A DNA stretch of 64,000 bases from Gemmatimonadota bacterium (GCA_039586895.1 JBDHJM010000020.1:8011-72010); one strand, 5' to 3'. Shown: positions 1-7,542, numbered from the stretch's first letter. Notes: a model not told the origin generated them from the sequence alone. Numbers and translations: made by a program.

Positions 1-675
1 CGTAACGGCGGCGCCGGCCTGCAGGGTGAAGAGAACGTCGAAGTTGAGCCCCGGGCCCTCCCGCACGTTGCTGGTCCTCGCCACCTCGATCCGGAGCGGG
101 ATGGGAAACAGCACCTCACCGCTGCGTCCCCGGAGATCGTCTCCCCCCAACCTCACCTGTCCGATGCTCACGAGGCTCTGGGCCTGGCTGGCCAGATACA
201 GCGACCCGCCGTAGTTCTCGTTTTCGAACTCCCGGGCAGCCATCTGGAGGAGCTGCTCGGCCTCGAAGACCTCCGGGCCCGGCTCGGGAGCTGCGTTCCG
301 CACCGTCCTCAGGGCTATCTCCGCCTCCGCCATCGTGGAAGCGGCTTCGGCCCGGCTTTCGACGCTCTGGAGCTTCGCCTTGGTGCGGACGACTTCCTGA
401 ATGGCCTCATCGAGCTTCGCTCGAAGCTCCGCGACCTCCGCCTCCTTCCCCAACACCTGGAGCTGAAGGTCCGCCAGTTCTTCCTGCAGCGAGCGAATCT
501 GCTCACTCTGGCGCCGCACCGTCCGGGCGAGATCGGCACTCTGGTCGGAGGTCACGGGCTCGGGCTCCGGGCCCGGAGGTGACTGCCCCCCGGAGCAGCC
601 CGACGCCAGCAGCACCGAGGCCAGCAGGCCAGATCTAAAGAGCGACGTCGTTCGACGTGTATTGGAAGTATGCAT
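1..675 (-). CDS. Lipoprotein with coiled-coil and C-terminal bacterial SH3-like region (3' end beyond window edge)
   Basis: Absent from the ORF track because it runs off the window edge. Minus-strand translation from ATG at 675 gives MHTSNTRRTTSLFRSGLLASVLLASGCSGG (lipobox LASGC). This is followed by EELADLQLQVLGKEAEVAELRAKLDEA (coiled-coil-like) and VARTSNVREGPGLNFDVLFTLQAG (SH3b-like). GC3 is high. Confidence 0.55.
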   Translation of the reverse strand, partial: MHTSNTRRTTSLFRSGLLASVLLASGCSGGQSPPGPEPEPVTSDQSADLARTVRRQSEQIRSLQEELADLQLQVLGKEAEVAELRAKLDEAIQEVVRTKAKLQSVESRAEAASTMAEAEIALRTVRNAAPEPGPEVFEAEQLLQMAAREFENENYGGSLYLASQAQSLVSIGQVRLGGDDLRGRSGEVLFPIPLRIEVARTSNVREGPGLNFDVLFTLQAGAAVT

Positions 676-818
676 TGAGCTACCGCATGGGAGTTACAGT
701 CGGCACCTGGAAAGTAGGACCCGGTGCGTGCACGAGCCAGTGAGATTTGTCACTCGCGCCTCGGCGCCTGCCATTTGCCGCTCAACGCGCAGGCACATCA
801 GCTGCTGCGGTGTAACAA

Positions 819-901
819 TGCCCGAGGTGGGAGTCGAACCCACACCCCGTTGCCGGGACGGGATTTTGAGTCCCGCGTGTCTGCCATTCCACCACTCGGG
901 C
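819..901 (-). tRNA. tRNA-Leu (anticodon CAA)
   Basis: The reverse complement folds as a cloverleaf. It has a 7-bp acceptor stem (GCCCGAG/CTCGGGC) plus discriminator A, and an anticodon stem CGGGA/TCCCG with loop CU-CAA-AA. There is a long variable arm, and a T arm GTGGG-TTCGACT-CCCAC. CCA is not encoded. Confidence 0.9.
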
Positions 902-1097
902 GTACTTGAATCTAACCTACGGTGTTGCAAGCCGATAACAGCCGTCAGTTCCTTCGGCTGGCCCAAACTCGGCCTCAAAATCGGGCCAATGGTAACACGA
1001 TGTCGAGCTGGGCTCCAAGTATGGCGCACGTGTATTTGGCCGATGCCACGGTTTGGTGTACTCTATTCTCTGCGCCTACTCGAGGGTCTTCCGCCGC

Positions 1098-1433
1098 ATG
1101 GTCGAGCTAGCTGGCTTCTTCGTCGCCGTCTTCGTTGGAGGTGCGCTTGCCGGCACGGTGCTGGGGACCGCGCTGGGCGAGACGATAGGCCGCATCCTCC
1201 ACCGCAAGCCGTTCTTCAACATGCTGGGCCAGGCCATCGGTGTCGGTCTGGTCGGGGCCATTTACATGGATCAAATCGGGCTGGGCCGCGGCACCCCCGG
1301 CTGGCTCTTCCCCGTGGGGGTAGGCGGCGCCGCATTCCTGCTGCACCGCTTCGAGGGCCAGTGGTGGTGGGCGGCTCCGGTGCTGGCGCTCGGGACGGCG
1401 TACGGGTTGTTGGAGGTGCTGCTCTTCCTGTAG
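1098..1433 (+). CDS. Small Gly-rich integral membrane protein, unknown family
   Basis: ATG at 1098 inside ORF 1053..1433. The product MVELAGFFVAVFVGGALAGTVLG... has about three hydrophobic helices. Third codon positions are nearly all G/C. No family recognised. Confidence 0.5.
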   Translation: MVELAGFFVAVFVGGALAGTVLGTALGETIGRILHRKPFFNMLGQAIGVGLVGAIYMDQIGLGRGTPGWLFPVGVGGAAFLLHRFEGQWWWAAPVLALGTAYGLLEVLLFL

Positions 1434-1519
1434 CCCGCGCGCGGCCACAGCCTGGCGTTACCTCTCCCGCCACAGAAGTGTCCGTGGAACAGCAGGGCGC
1501 ACCGCACGGAGCGCCGTCA

Positions 1520-1762
1520 GTGGTACGCGTACTTTGCCCTCTATCGGACCCCACGTGCACCGGCTGGAATTGGGACCAACCGTTGGATGAGGGTTGGAGC
1601 CTCGAGCGGGTCGAGCAGGAGTACATCATCGCGGTGCTGCAGCGCACGGGTGGCCACCGCACACGAGCCGCAGCCGTCTTGGGCATCGATAGGCGCACAC
1701 TCTACCGCAAGATCCACCGTGCCTGCCGGGCCCACCCCGGGTGGGCCCTAGTTGACCACTGA
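1520..1762 (+). pseudogene. Orphan Fis-type HTH fragment, paralogous to the C-terminus of the sigma-54 activator at 4397..5881
   Basis: The tail of ORF 662..1762, WNWDQPLDEGWSLERVEQEYIIAVLQRTGGHRTRAAAVLGIDRRTLYRKI, aligns without gaps with WSWSRPLSEGWSLERLQQEYIEAVLERADGHRSRAAGILGIDRRTLYRKV. I see no AAA+ domain upstream in this frame. The first in-frame GTG is at 1520. It could be a remnant or a stand-alone HTH protein. Confidence 0.4.
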
Positions 1763-1877
1763 ACTCCCGGACGGATGTGAGCCGGACGGCAGTCCGCCCG
1801 GCGGGATCAAGCAGGGCGGTCTGTTGGACGTGGCCGGAGCCAAATGGCCACGGACCCCACCGGGCGGACCTCGATCA

Positions 1878-2798
1878 CTAGTCCTGCGGCAAGTGCACGA
1901 TCAAGTTGCCGCCGATGATCGTCTTCTTGCACAGGTGCGGCCATTCGGTTGGACCCGCCTTGTCTGCCTCGGGCCCGGCCAGCGGCCCGAGCGCGGGGCG
2001 CTGCTGCTCCACGTCCTCGAACCACTCCCAGCTCTCCGGCGCGAACCACTTCCACGTGATGCCGTCGCCGTCCGCCCCCGGCGTGGCCACGTCATGCACC
2101 TTCACAACCACTATCTGGCCGACCCGGGGGTCCTTCCCGGGCACGCTGCCGTGGCCGCCACCGCCGGGCTCGCCGTTTCCTCCCTCACAGCCGCCCCCGT
2201 CGTGGGTCGTGCCGTCGTCGTGACTGCAGCCCCCGCCGTCATCCGTCGTGCCGTCGTCGTGACTGCAGCCCCCTCCGTCATCCGTCGTGCCGTCATCGTG
2301 AGTGCAGCCTCCGTCGTCGTGGCTGCAGCTTCCGTCGTCGTGCGTGCCACCGTCGTGGCCGTCGCACGAGCCACCGCCGCCGCTGCACAGCTTCACGTCG
2401 GACTCCACGAGGCCGACGAACCACGCCTTGGCGGTGACCGAATCCACGAACGCACCGGTGACACTCGCCGTGATCTCCCGATGCGGAGTGCCGTCGGCAT
2501 TGAGCACGCGGTAGACGAACGTGCCGCGCGCCGGCTTCCTGTCGGTCGCGGGAAACGCCTCGAACTCGGCGAACGCCAGCTTCTCCTCGCCGGGAGCGAT
2601 CTCCTTGCCCTTCCCTCCTGGCCACACGATCTCCACGCTGCCGGTGACGTGACCGGTGAGCGTATGGTTCATTGCTGCGAACTGCGCCGCCGGTCCCAGC
2701 CCTGCTTCCGACGCGCAGCCGGCCAGCCCGGCCGTCAGTAGTAAGGTCGCGGCGCGCCGCCCCGCGCCGCATGCGACCGCCCTGCCTTGGGTCCGCAT
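1878..2798 (-). CDS. Lipoprotein with internal Cys/His/Asp/Gly-rich tandem repeats, unknown family
   Basis: ORF 1878..2798. The signal peptide and lipobox read ATLLLTAGLAGCAS, with SD AGGAGGGAG upstream of the ATG. A beta-rich domain is interrupted by CSGGGGSCDGHDGGTHDDGSCSHDDGGCTHDDGTTDDGGGCSHDDGTTDDGGGCSHDDGTTHDGGGCEGGNGEPGGGGHG. Confidence 0.7.
   Translation of the reverse strand: MRTQGRAVACGAGRRAATLLLTAGLAGCASEAGLGPAAQFAAMNHTLTGHVTGSVEIVWPGGKGKEIAPGEEKLAFAEFEAFPATDRKPARGTFVYRVLNADGTPHREITASVTGAFVDSVTAKAWFVGLVESDVKLCSGGGGSCDGHDGGTHDDGSCSHDDGGCTHDDGTTDDGGGCSHDDGTTDDGGGCSHDDGTTHDGGGCEGGNGEPGGGGHGSVPGKDPRVGQIVVVKVHDVATPGADGDGITWKWFAPESWEWFEDVEQQRPALGPLAGPEADKAGPTEWPHLCKKTIIGGNLIVHLPQD
2211..2288. 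repeat. Two near-identical 39-bp tandem units (coding), flanked by degenerate copies
   Basis: 2211-2249 is gccgtcgtcgtgactgcagcccccgccgtcatccgtcgt. 2250-2288 is identical except for one G->T change. Each unit encodes a 13-aa TTDDGGGCSHDDG-type repeat of the lipoprotein. Degenerate copies extend to about 2190-2360. Confidence 0.85.
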
Positions 2799-2933
2799 TC
2801 TCCCTCCTAGCTTGCCCGCTTAGGGGGTCGATTGGGTGGCTGGGCCCGGGACGATGGCGTCCCTAGCGCGCCGTTTGGGGGGTTGCTACAGCGCCGTCAC
2901 CGCCGAACCCAGCCACAGGTCAACTGCCGTTCG

Positions 2934-4178
2934 TTAGTGGTTCCCTCCACCGCCACCACCGCCACCACCGCCACCACCACCACCGCCGCCGCCGCCGCGG
3001 GGGAGAATGCGGATGTCGATGTAGGTGAGGTTGTTTCCGTAATCCAGCACTGCCGTGGCACCGCCGGTGTCGCCGCCGTCGTCGTCCGCCGCGGCGCTGG
3101 CTACCTCCTCGATGGGCTGAATGATCTCCGTGGTGCCATCAACGAAGAACGTGTTGAGGTTGATGCCCGTCCCGCACGTCTGATCGAAGCTGAAAGTGGC
3201 GCGGTAGTCGCCCTCGGGGCCGTCTGGCTCCGGATCGTTCAGCTGGCGCACGTTCCACGTGAAGCCGTAGATGATGCGGCCCTTCACGTTGATCTCGGCG
3301 TTGTAGTAGCCGGGGCCGTCTTGTGCCTCGTGGACGGCTCCGTTGAAGATCGGCTCGTTGACCACGTCGCCGGTCCAGCCTACGCCCGGCACCCAGGTCA
3401 ACTCGTAGCCGCCGATATCTTCCCGGGGCACAGTCAGCTTCTGGATCGTGAGCCGGGCGCAGGGCGAGAAGACCGTCGCCCTTGTGCCGGGCCCCAGGAT
3501 CGCCGTGGGTTCACCCGTCACCGGGGACGCCGCCCCGTGCACCTCATCGATGCCCCAGCCGTCGACGTGCCGCATCTCATACTCAAGCATCGGTTCGGCC
3601 AGGTCCTGGAACAGGACGACTTCCGTGCGCACCTGCGAGCGGGTGTACCAGTCCACCGACTCGAGGTTGTCGCCCCAGTCGATCCAGTGCACGTTCACGG
3701 AAGCCGCGCTCCAGTCCGCGGAGCCCGCCTGCCACTGGTTGCCTTCGTCCTTCTGCACGAACGCCTTTACCAGCTCCGGCACGTCGGGTGGCGCCGCGCC
3801 CGTTGTGCTGTTGTTCGGCTCACCGGGATCGTCTTCGTTGTCGTCGCAGTACGCGGCGTTGTCTCCGTCCGGCAGGCAGCTCAGCGGCACTATGTCAGGA
3901 TCCGTCCCCTCCGTACCCCACCAGTACCACCACTCTCCCTGCAGCACGGGCTCCATCCCCGGCGTGCCGGGCAGGACCTTCTGAACTCCCTCGGACCAGA
4001 TGACTGGATACGACAGGTTGTTGCCCGCCGTCTCTTCGCCGTTGGGCTTCCCCTTGCCCTCCGGCGGGCCTGGCGCACCCTTCGCTAGCGTCGCGTCCGT
4101 CGGCGTGTCGGCGCATCCGGCCAGCAGCAGCACTGCGGCGGCCGCGGTGAGGACGCCCCACCATCGTCTCGACTGCAT
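2934..4178 (-). CDS. Lipoprotein ending in an 18-residue poly-glycine tail, unknown family
   Basis: Internal ATG at 4178 of ORF 2934..4370, preceded by SD caGGAGGtccaa. The product begins MQSRRWWGVLTAAAAVLLLAGCADT (lipobox LLAGC). The body is Trp/Asp-rich (WWYWWGTEG, VHWIDWGDN). The C-terminus is ...IRILPR-G18-NH-stop. Confidence 0.7.
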   Translation of the reverse strand: MQSRRWWGVLTAAAAVLLLAGCADTPTDATLAKGAPGPPEGKGKPNGEETAGNNLSYPVIWSEGVQKVLPGTPGMEPVLQGEWWYWWGTEGTDPDIVPLSCLPDGDNAAYCDDNEDDPGEPNNSTTGAAPPDVPELVKAFVQKDEGNQWQAGSADWSAASVNVHWIDWGDNLESVDWYTRSQVRTEVVLFQDLAEPMLEYEMRHVDGWGIDEVHGAASPVTGEPTAILGPGTRATVFSPCARLTIQKLTVPREDIGGYELTWVPGVGWTGDVVNEPIFNGAVHEAQDGPGYYNAEINVKGRIIYGFTWNVRQLNDPEPDGPEGDYRATFSFDQTCGTGINLNTFFVDGTTEIIQPIEEVASAAADDDGGDTGGATAVLDYGNNLTYIDIRILPRGGGGGGGGGGGGGGGGGGNH

Positions 4179-4396
4179 TTGGACCTCCTGCCTTTTGGCG
4201 CCGACCGCCCTGGACCGGCGCAGTCGCGAATTGAGCGGAGGCCCCCGCACGCTGCCGCCGGAGGCCACCGGCTTGGGTCTCGGCGCCAAGTGGCAACGCA
4301 AGGCCCGTGCGCGTTGCGGCGCGGACCGAGCGACGGGACTCAAGTGCAACGATGCCATCCGCTTGCTCAATGGGATAGACGCGCTCAGAGATTTTC

Positions 4397-5881
4397 ATGC
4401 ATGTCGCAGAATGTCCCACCTTCTTGCGGGAGAAGTCGCCGGTTACGACATTGGCATCGCCGGGGCTGAGGGGCGTGCCGCTCCCGGGTGGCGCCCGCAC
4501 CGGAGCGAGGGGGGTTGTGACCGCGAGGTCCACGGAGCGCCCGCAGGTGCTCGTCACTTGCACGGACCAGTCTGAGGCGCGCACCCTAGCGCGTGCGCTC
4601 GCCGAACGAGGGAATGCGACGAGGATAGCGGAGTGCGGCCGGCCGGCAATGGACGAGATCGAGCGCAGGGAATACGACCTCGTCGTGCTGTGCGCTTGCA
4701 GGCCTGGCCCGGACGGCCTGTGCCTACTCTCCCGCGCGCGCGCCATCCAATCCAACGCCCTGGTCGTCGTCATAGCCGGTGACCCCTCGGTGGATACTGC
4801 CGTGGGCGCAATGCAATCGGGCGCCACCGACTACGTGCCCCGTCCCTACGATGTCGCCGAGGTGCTGCTGCGCTGTGAACGGGCACTGCGGCGGCGAGAG
4901 ATGCACCGTGAGCTGGCTCATCTGCGGCGGACGAGCCGCGATGTGAGTATCAAGGTCGTGGCTGGGACGCGTGCCATGGAAGACGTGCTGGACCTGCTCG
5001 AGCGAGCGGCTCCGACTCGCGTCACCGTGCTTCTGACAGGCGAGACGGGCACCGGCAAGGGGATCCTGGCGCGCTACCTCCATGAGCTGTCCCCCCGCAA
5101 GAAGCGCAACTTCGTGCCGGTGAGCTGCTCCGCGCTACCGGAGCATCTGCTCGAATCCGAGCTGTTCGGGCACGTGAAGGGCAGCTTCACCGGCGCTGTG
5201 GCCCATCAGAGCGGCAGGTTCGAGAGTGCCGCCGGCGGCACGATCTTCCTGGACGAGGTTGATACGCTCACTCCGCCGATGCAGGCCAAGCTGCTGCGGG
5301 TGGTCGAAGAGCGTACGATCCAGCGCGTCGGTGCGGACAGCGACATTCCAGTCGACTTCCGGCTCGTGGCGGCCGCCAATATCGACATGGCACAGGCGGT
5401 GGCGGACGGGGTTTTCCGCGAGGACCTCTGGTTCCGGCTCAACGTGTTCCCCATTCGCCTGCCTCCGCTGCGCGAGCGCCGCGACGACATCCCCCGGCTG
5501 GCGGACCACTTCCGGACCCAGATCGCGGCAGAGCTGCGGATGGAGCCGGTGGACATACCGGAAGCCATCATGGAACGGATGGTGCAGTACGACTGGCCGG
5601 GGAACGCACGCGAGCTGCGTAACTGGGTAGAGCGCGCGCTGGTGCTGGCCGCGCGCGACGGTGCGGTCACGCTGCATCCGCCGCAGGAACCCCCCAACGA
5701 AACCGCCTGGTCGTGGAGCCGTCCCTTGAGCGAGGGGTGGAGCCTGGAGCGGCTGCAGCAGGAGTACATTGAAGCCGTACTCGAACGCGCCGACGGACAT
5801 CGCAGCCGGGCCGCCGGCATACTCGGGATCGACCGCCGCACGCTGTACCGCAAGGTCCGTAATTCCAACAGCTCGGCCTAA
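4397..5881 (+). CDS. Sigma-54-dependent transcriptional activator (NtrC-family EBP) with degenerate receiver domain
   Basis: Walker A GETGTGKG; GSFTGA loop (GAFTGA variant); FLDEV Walker B; WPGNARELRN sensor II; C-terminal Fis-type HTH GILGIDRRTLYRKV. The N-terminal receiver-like fold lacks the conserved Asp residues. An alternative start, GTG 4517, has SD gaggggg upstream. Confidence 0.9.
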   Translation: MHVAECPTFLREKSPVTTLASPGLRGVPLPGGARTGARGVVTARSTERPQVLVTCTDQSEARTLARALAERGNATRIAECGRPAMDEIERREYDLVVLCACRPGPDGLCLLSRARAIQSNALVVVIAGDPSVDTAVGAMQSGATDYVPRPYDVAEVLLRCERALRRREMHRELAHLRRTSRDVSIKVVAGTRAMEDVLDLLERAAPTRVTVLLTGETGTGKGILARYLHELSPRKKRNFVPVSCSALPEHLLESELFGHVKGSFTGAVAHQSGRFESAAGGTIFLDEVDTLTPPMQAKLLRVVEERTIQRVGADSDIPVDFRLVAAANIDMAQAVADGVFREDLWFRLNVFPIRLPPLRERRDDIPRLADHFRTQIAAELRMEPVDIPEAIMERMVQYDWPGNARELRNWVERALVLAARDGAVTLHPPQEPPNETAWSWSRPLSEGWSLERLQQEYIEAVLERADGHRSRAAGILGIDRRTLYRKVRNSNSSA

Positions 5882-5992
5882 ACCGGAGGGCATCAAACCG
5901 GGCTATATGCTAACGGAGATGGCCGCCGCGTTACCTTCGGCACTTTCCCGTTGTCTTTGGGTCAGCAGGGTGGGACAACTCGGGAGGTGTCC

Positions 5993-6532
5993 ATGCGGAG
6001 GACCTGGCTGGTTTCCCTCGCTCTGTTCGCTTTGGCGGCCTGCGAGAGAGAATCCCCGATAGCCCCGACAGCGGCCTACCTCGAGCCTTCCGGACCCGGC
6101 TTCGCAGCCACCATTCCGGTTGGTGCCCGTGAGGTAAACATCGACTTCAAACCTGCGTTGGGGTCCGACGAGAGCTTCGGCTACGATGTGCTGAGCCGCA
6201 GGAAGAAAGGCACGGTTACGGTGGCCCTGCTGGGTGCGCTGGAGGCCGACGGCGTACCCGCCTTCGATGTTGCTACGGTCGACGCCTCAGGGGTCGTGTT
6301 CGGGCACGACGACTCCCACATGGCGGCGCCGAAGCACGACTTCAGCGGTGACGACGTTTGGCTGGAGCACATGGTTGAAGTGAACGGAGATGAGATCACG
6401 GATCTCCTGTTCCACTTCGTGGCCACAGACCTGGGTCTGGGCGGGCTGGGCGGTAGTGCGGAGTTCTGCCTGATCGGAGTAGCAGATGGAGCACCCTTCT
6501 ACGGGTGCGTCGAGGTGCAGATCGTGGGCTGA
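5993..6532 (+). CDS. Lipoprotein, unknown family
   Basis: Internal ATG at 5993 of ORF 5951..6532, with SD GGGAGGTG upstream. The product begins MRRTWLVSLALFALAACE (lipobox). It is beta-rich and acidic with no recognised motif. Confidence 0.6.
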   Translation: MRRTWLVSLALFALAACERESPIAPTAAYLEPSGPGFAATIPVGAREVNIDFKPALGSDESFGYDVLSRRKKGTVTVALLGALEADGVPAFDVATVDASGVVFGHDDSHMAAPKHDFSGDDVWLEHMVEVNGDEITDLLFHFVATDLGLGGLGGSAEFCLIGVADGAPFYGCVEVQIVG

Positions 6533-6579
6533 CGGCTGGTGGGCGTCAAACGCCCCGCGTGAATCGAGCAGATGCGACT

Positions 6580-6607
6580 GGACCCCGGGCCAACTCCCCC
6601 GGGGTCC
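6580..6607. terminator. GC-rich hairpin between convergent genes (terminator-like, no U-tract)
   Basis: GGACCCCGGG-ccaactcc-CCCGGGGTCC: a perfect 10-bp stem with an 8-nt loop. It lies between the stops at 6532 (+) and 6638 (-). Confidence 0.3.
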
Positions 6608-6637
6608 TCGCGTGTTGCGCAGCGGATACTTCCCCCC

Positions 6638-7122
6638 CTACTGCATACCCGGGGGGCTGCGCTGCCGCATGCGCGCGCCCTCGATTTGGAATTGGAGCCG
6701 CCGCAGGGAAAGCACGAGCTGTGCCTGCTGCACCGGGTCGAGAAACTCGGCGTAGCGTTCCATGTCCGCGCGCGCCTGATCCACCCGCTCCTGCTGCACG
6801 GCGAGCAGCGCCTCCATCAGCGTCGTGAGGCTGTCCGCGTCGGCGGCCACGCCGGGCCGCATCTGGCCCTGCAGAGCCATCCACAGCCCTCGCTCGTGCC
6901 GCAGCAGCTCGCCACGCCGCTCCATGGACTGCCGCGTAATCTCCTCGAACTGGGCGAACTGCTCGTCGTCCAGTGTCACCTGGGACCTGTAGTTCTCCAT
7001 GAAGCGATGCATCACTTCCTGCTGCAGCTGCATGCGGCGCTGCGGAGGCCGGTCGTCCTGGGCCTGCAGCGGCGCCACCGCGAGCGCCGCCAGGGCCGGG
7101 ATCAAGAGAATCTTGCGCATCA
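6638..7122 (-). CDS. Periplasmic Spy/CpxP/ZraP-like (LTXXQ-type) protein
   Basis: Start ATGATG at 7122 overlaps the anti-sigma stop (TGA). Signal peptide MMRKILLIPALAALAVAPLQAQ. The product is helical and Q/R/E-rich, with LDDEQFAQF and LDPVQQAQL motifs resembling LTXXQ repeats. Confidence 0.7.
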
Positions 7123-7542
7123 TCCCTCCAGCGTCTCGAGGAGCGCGCTGAGCTCGTCCTCGTTCAGGTCGGCGAGTGCCACGGGCACCAGCTCGTAAAC
7201 CGGAGCCTCGTACTCGAGCGAATCGAGCACCGCGCTCAGCTCTTCCTCGGCAAGCTGATCCATGCCGACTTCGAGCGGCAAACCGTTCTCGGCGACGGCG
7301 CCCGGACCTCCGAGCTGCTGGATCCCGAAAACGGCCCCCAGCACGATCGCCGCGGCGGCTGCCACCGGCGCCAGGGCGCGGCGCGGCCGGGCGGCAATGC
7401 GCTGCCACCACGCCTCGCGTGCCCCTTCAGCCCGCAGCCGGTCCAGAACTGCCCGGGCCGTGGCCTCGGGATCTAAGTCCCGCGCCTGCTCCCGGCCCAG
7501 CTCTTGCGCCATCCGCTCCAGTTGCCGCTCGTCCATGGTCAC
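7120..7542 (-). CDS. Anti-sigma factor (single-pass membrane protein)
   Basis: 4-nt overlap with the upstream ECF sigma gene. It has a short cytoplasmic N-terminal region, one TM helix (ALAPVAAAAAIVLGAVFGI) and an acidic periplasmic tail. The assignment rests on position and topology. Confidence 0.65.
   Translation of the reverse strand: MTMDERQLERMAQELGREQARDLDPEATARAVLDRLRAEGAREAWWQRIAARPRRALAPVAAAAAIVLGAVFGIQQLGGPGAVAENGLPLEVGMDQLAEEELSAVLDSLEYEAPVYELVPVALADLNEDELSALLETLEG

Noticed and set aside
662-1762. 366-aa ORF spanning the tRNA-Leu gene, the small membrane-protein gene and the HTH fragment.
   Set aside because: It reads through a tRNA gene on the opposite strand. Most of it has no protein-like features. 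Only its last 80 codons or so (the Fis-type HTH) look meaningful. It is a long open frame typical of GC-rich DNA.
2940-3000. (GGT/GGC)n run considered as a microsatellite, CRISPR-like repeat or assembly artefact.
   Set aside because: It is in frame with a well-supported lipoprotein ORF and ends in a proper stop. It uses mixed Gly codons and has no spacer/repeat periodicity. It is treated as a coding poly-Gly tail and reported as a finding.
4345-4357. Minus-strand TGGCAT-cg-TTGCA between the EBP and the divergent lipoprotein operon.
   Set aside because: Both half-sites look good, but they are only 7 nt apart (GG to GC) instead of 10. This is incompatible with the canonical -24/-12 geometry.
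4179-4370. N-terminal 64-codon extension of the poly-Gly lipoprotein ORF (start at 4370). Similar upstream extensions occur at 36989..37093, 38836..38964, 40550..41026, 48367..48669, 53911..54102 and 59274..59431.
   Set aside because: The extensions are Arg/Pro/Ala-rich with no signal-peptide logic. The internal starts are preceded by SDs or form ATGA/GTGA overlaps, and they give N-termini that match the family consensus or a lipobox signal peptide.
5938-5954. Sigma-54-like promoter CGGCAC-tttcccg-TTGT upstream of the lipoprotein gene at 5993.
   Set aside because: The GG and TTG elements are spaced 2 nt too far apart (12 nt instead of 10 between the GG and the GC position). The -12 element is TTGT, not TTGC, and the first base is C, not T. 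Sigma-54 promoters tolerate very little spacing change, so this is recorded only as a weak candidate for PWM scanning.
819-6532. tRNA-Leu-linked genomic island.
   Set aside because: There is no integrase, recombinase, transposase or recognisable direct repeat of the tRNA 3' end in the block. GC and codon style look the same as the rest of the window. Only 'accessory-looking, possibly rearranged' can be supported.
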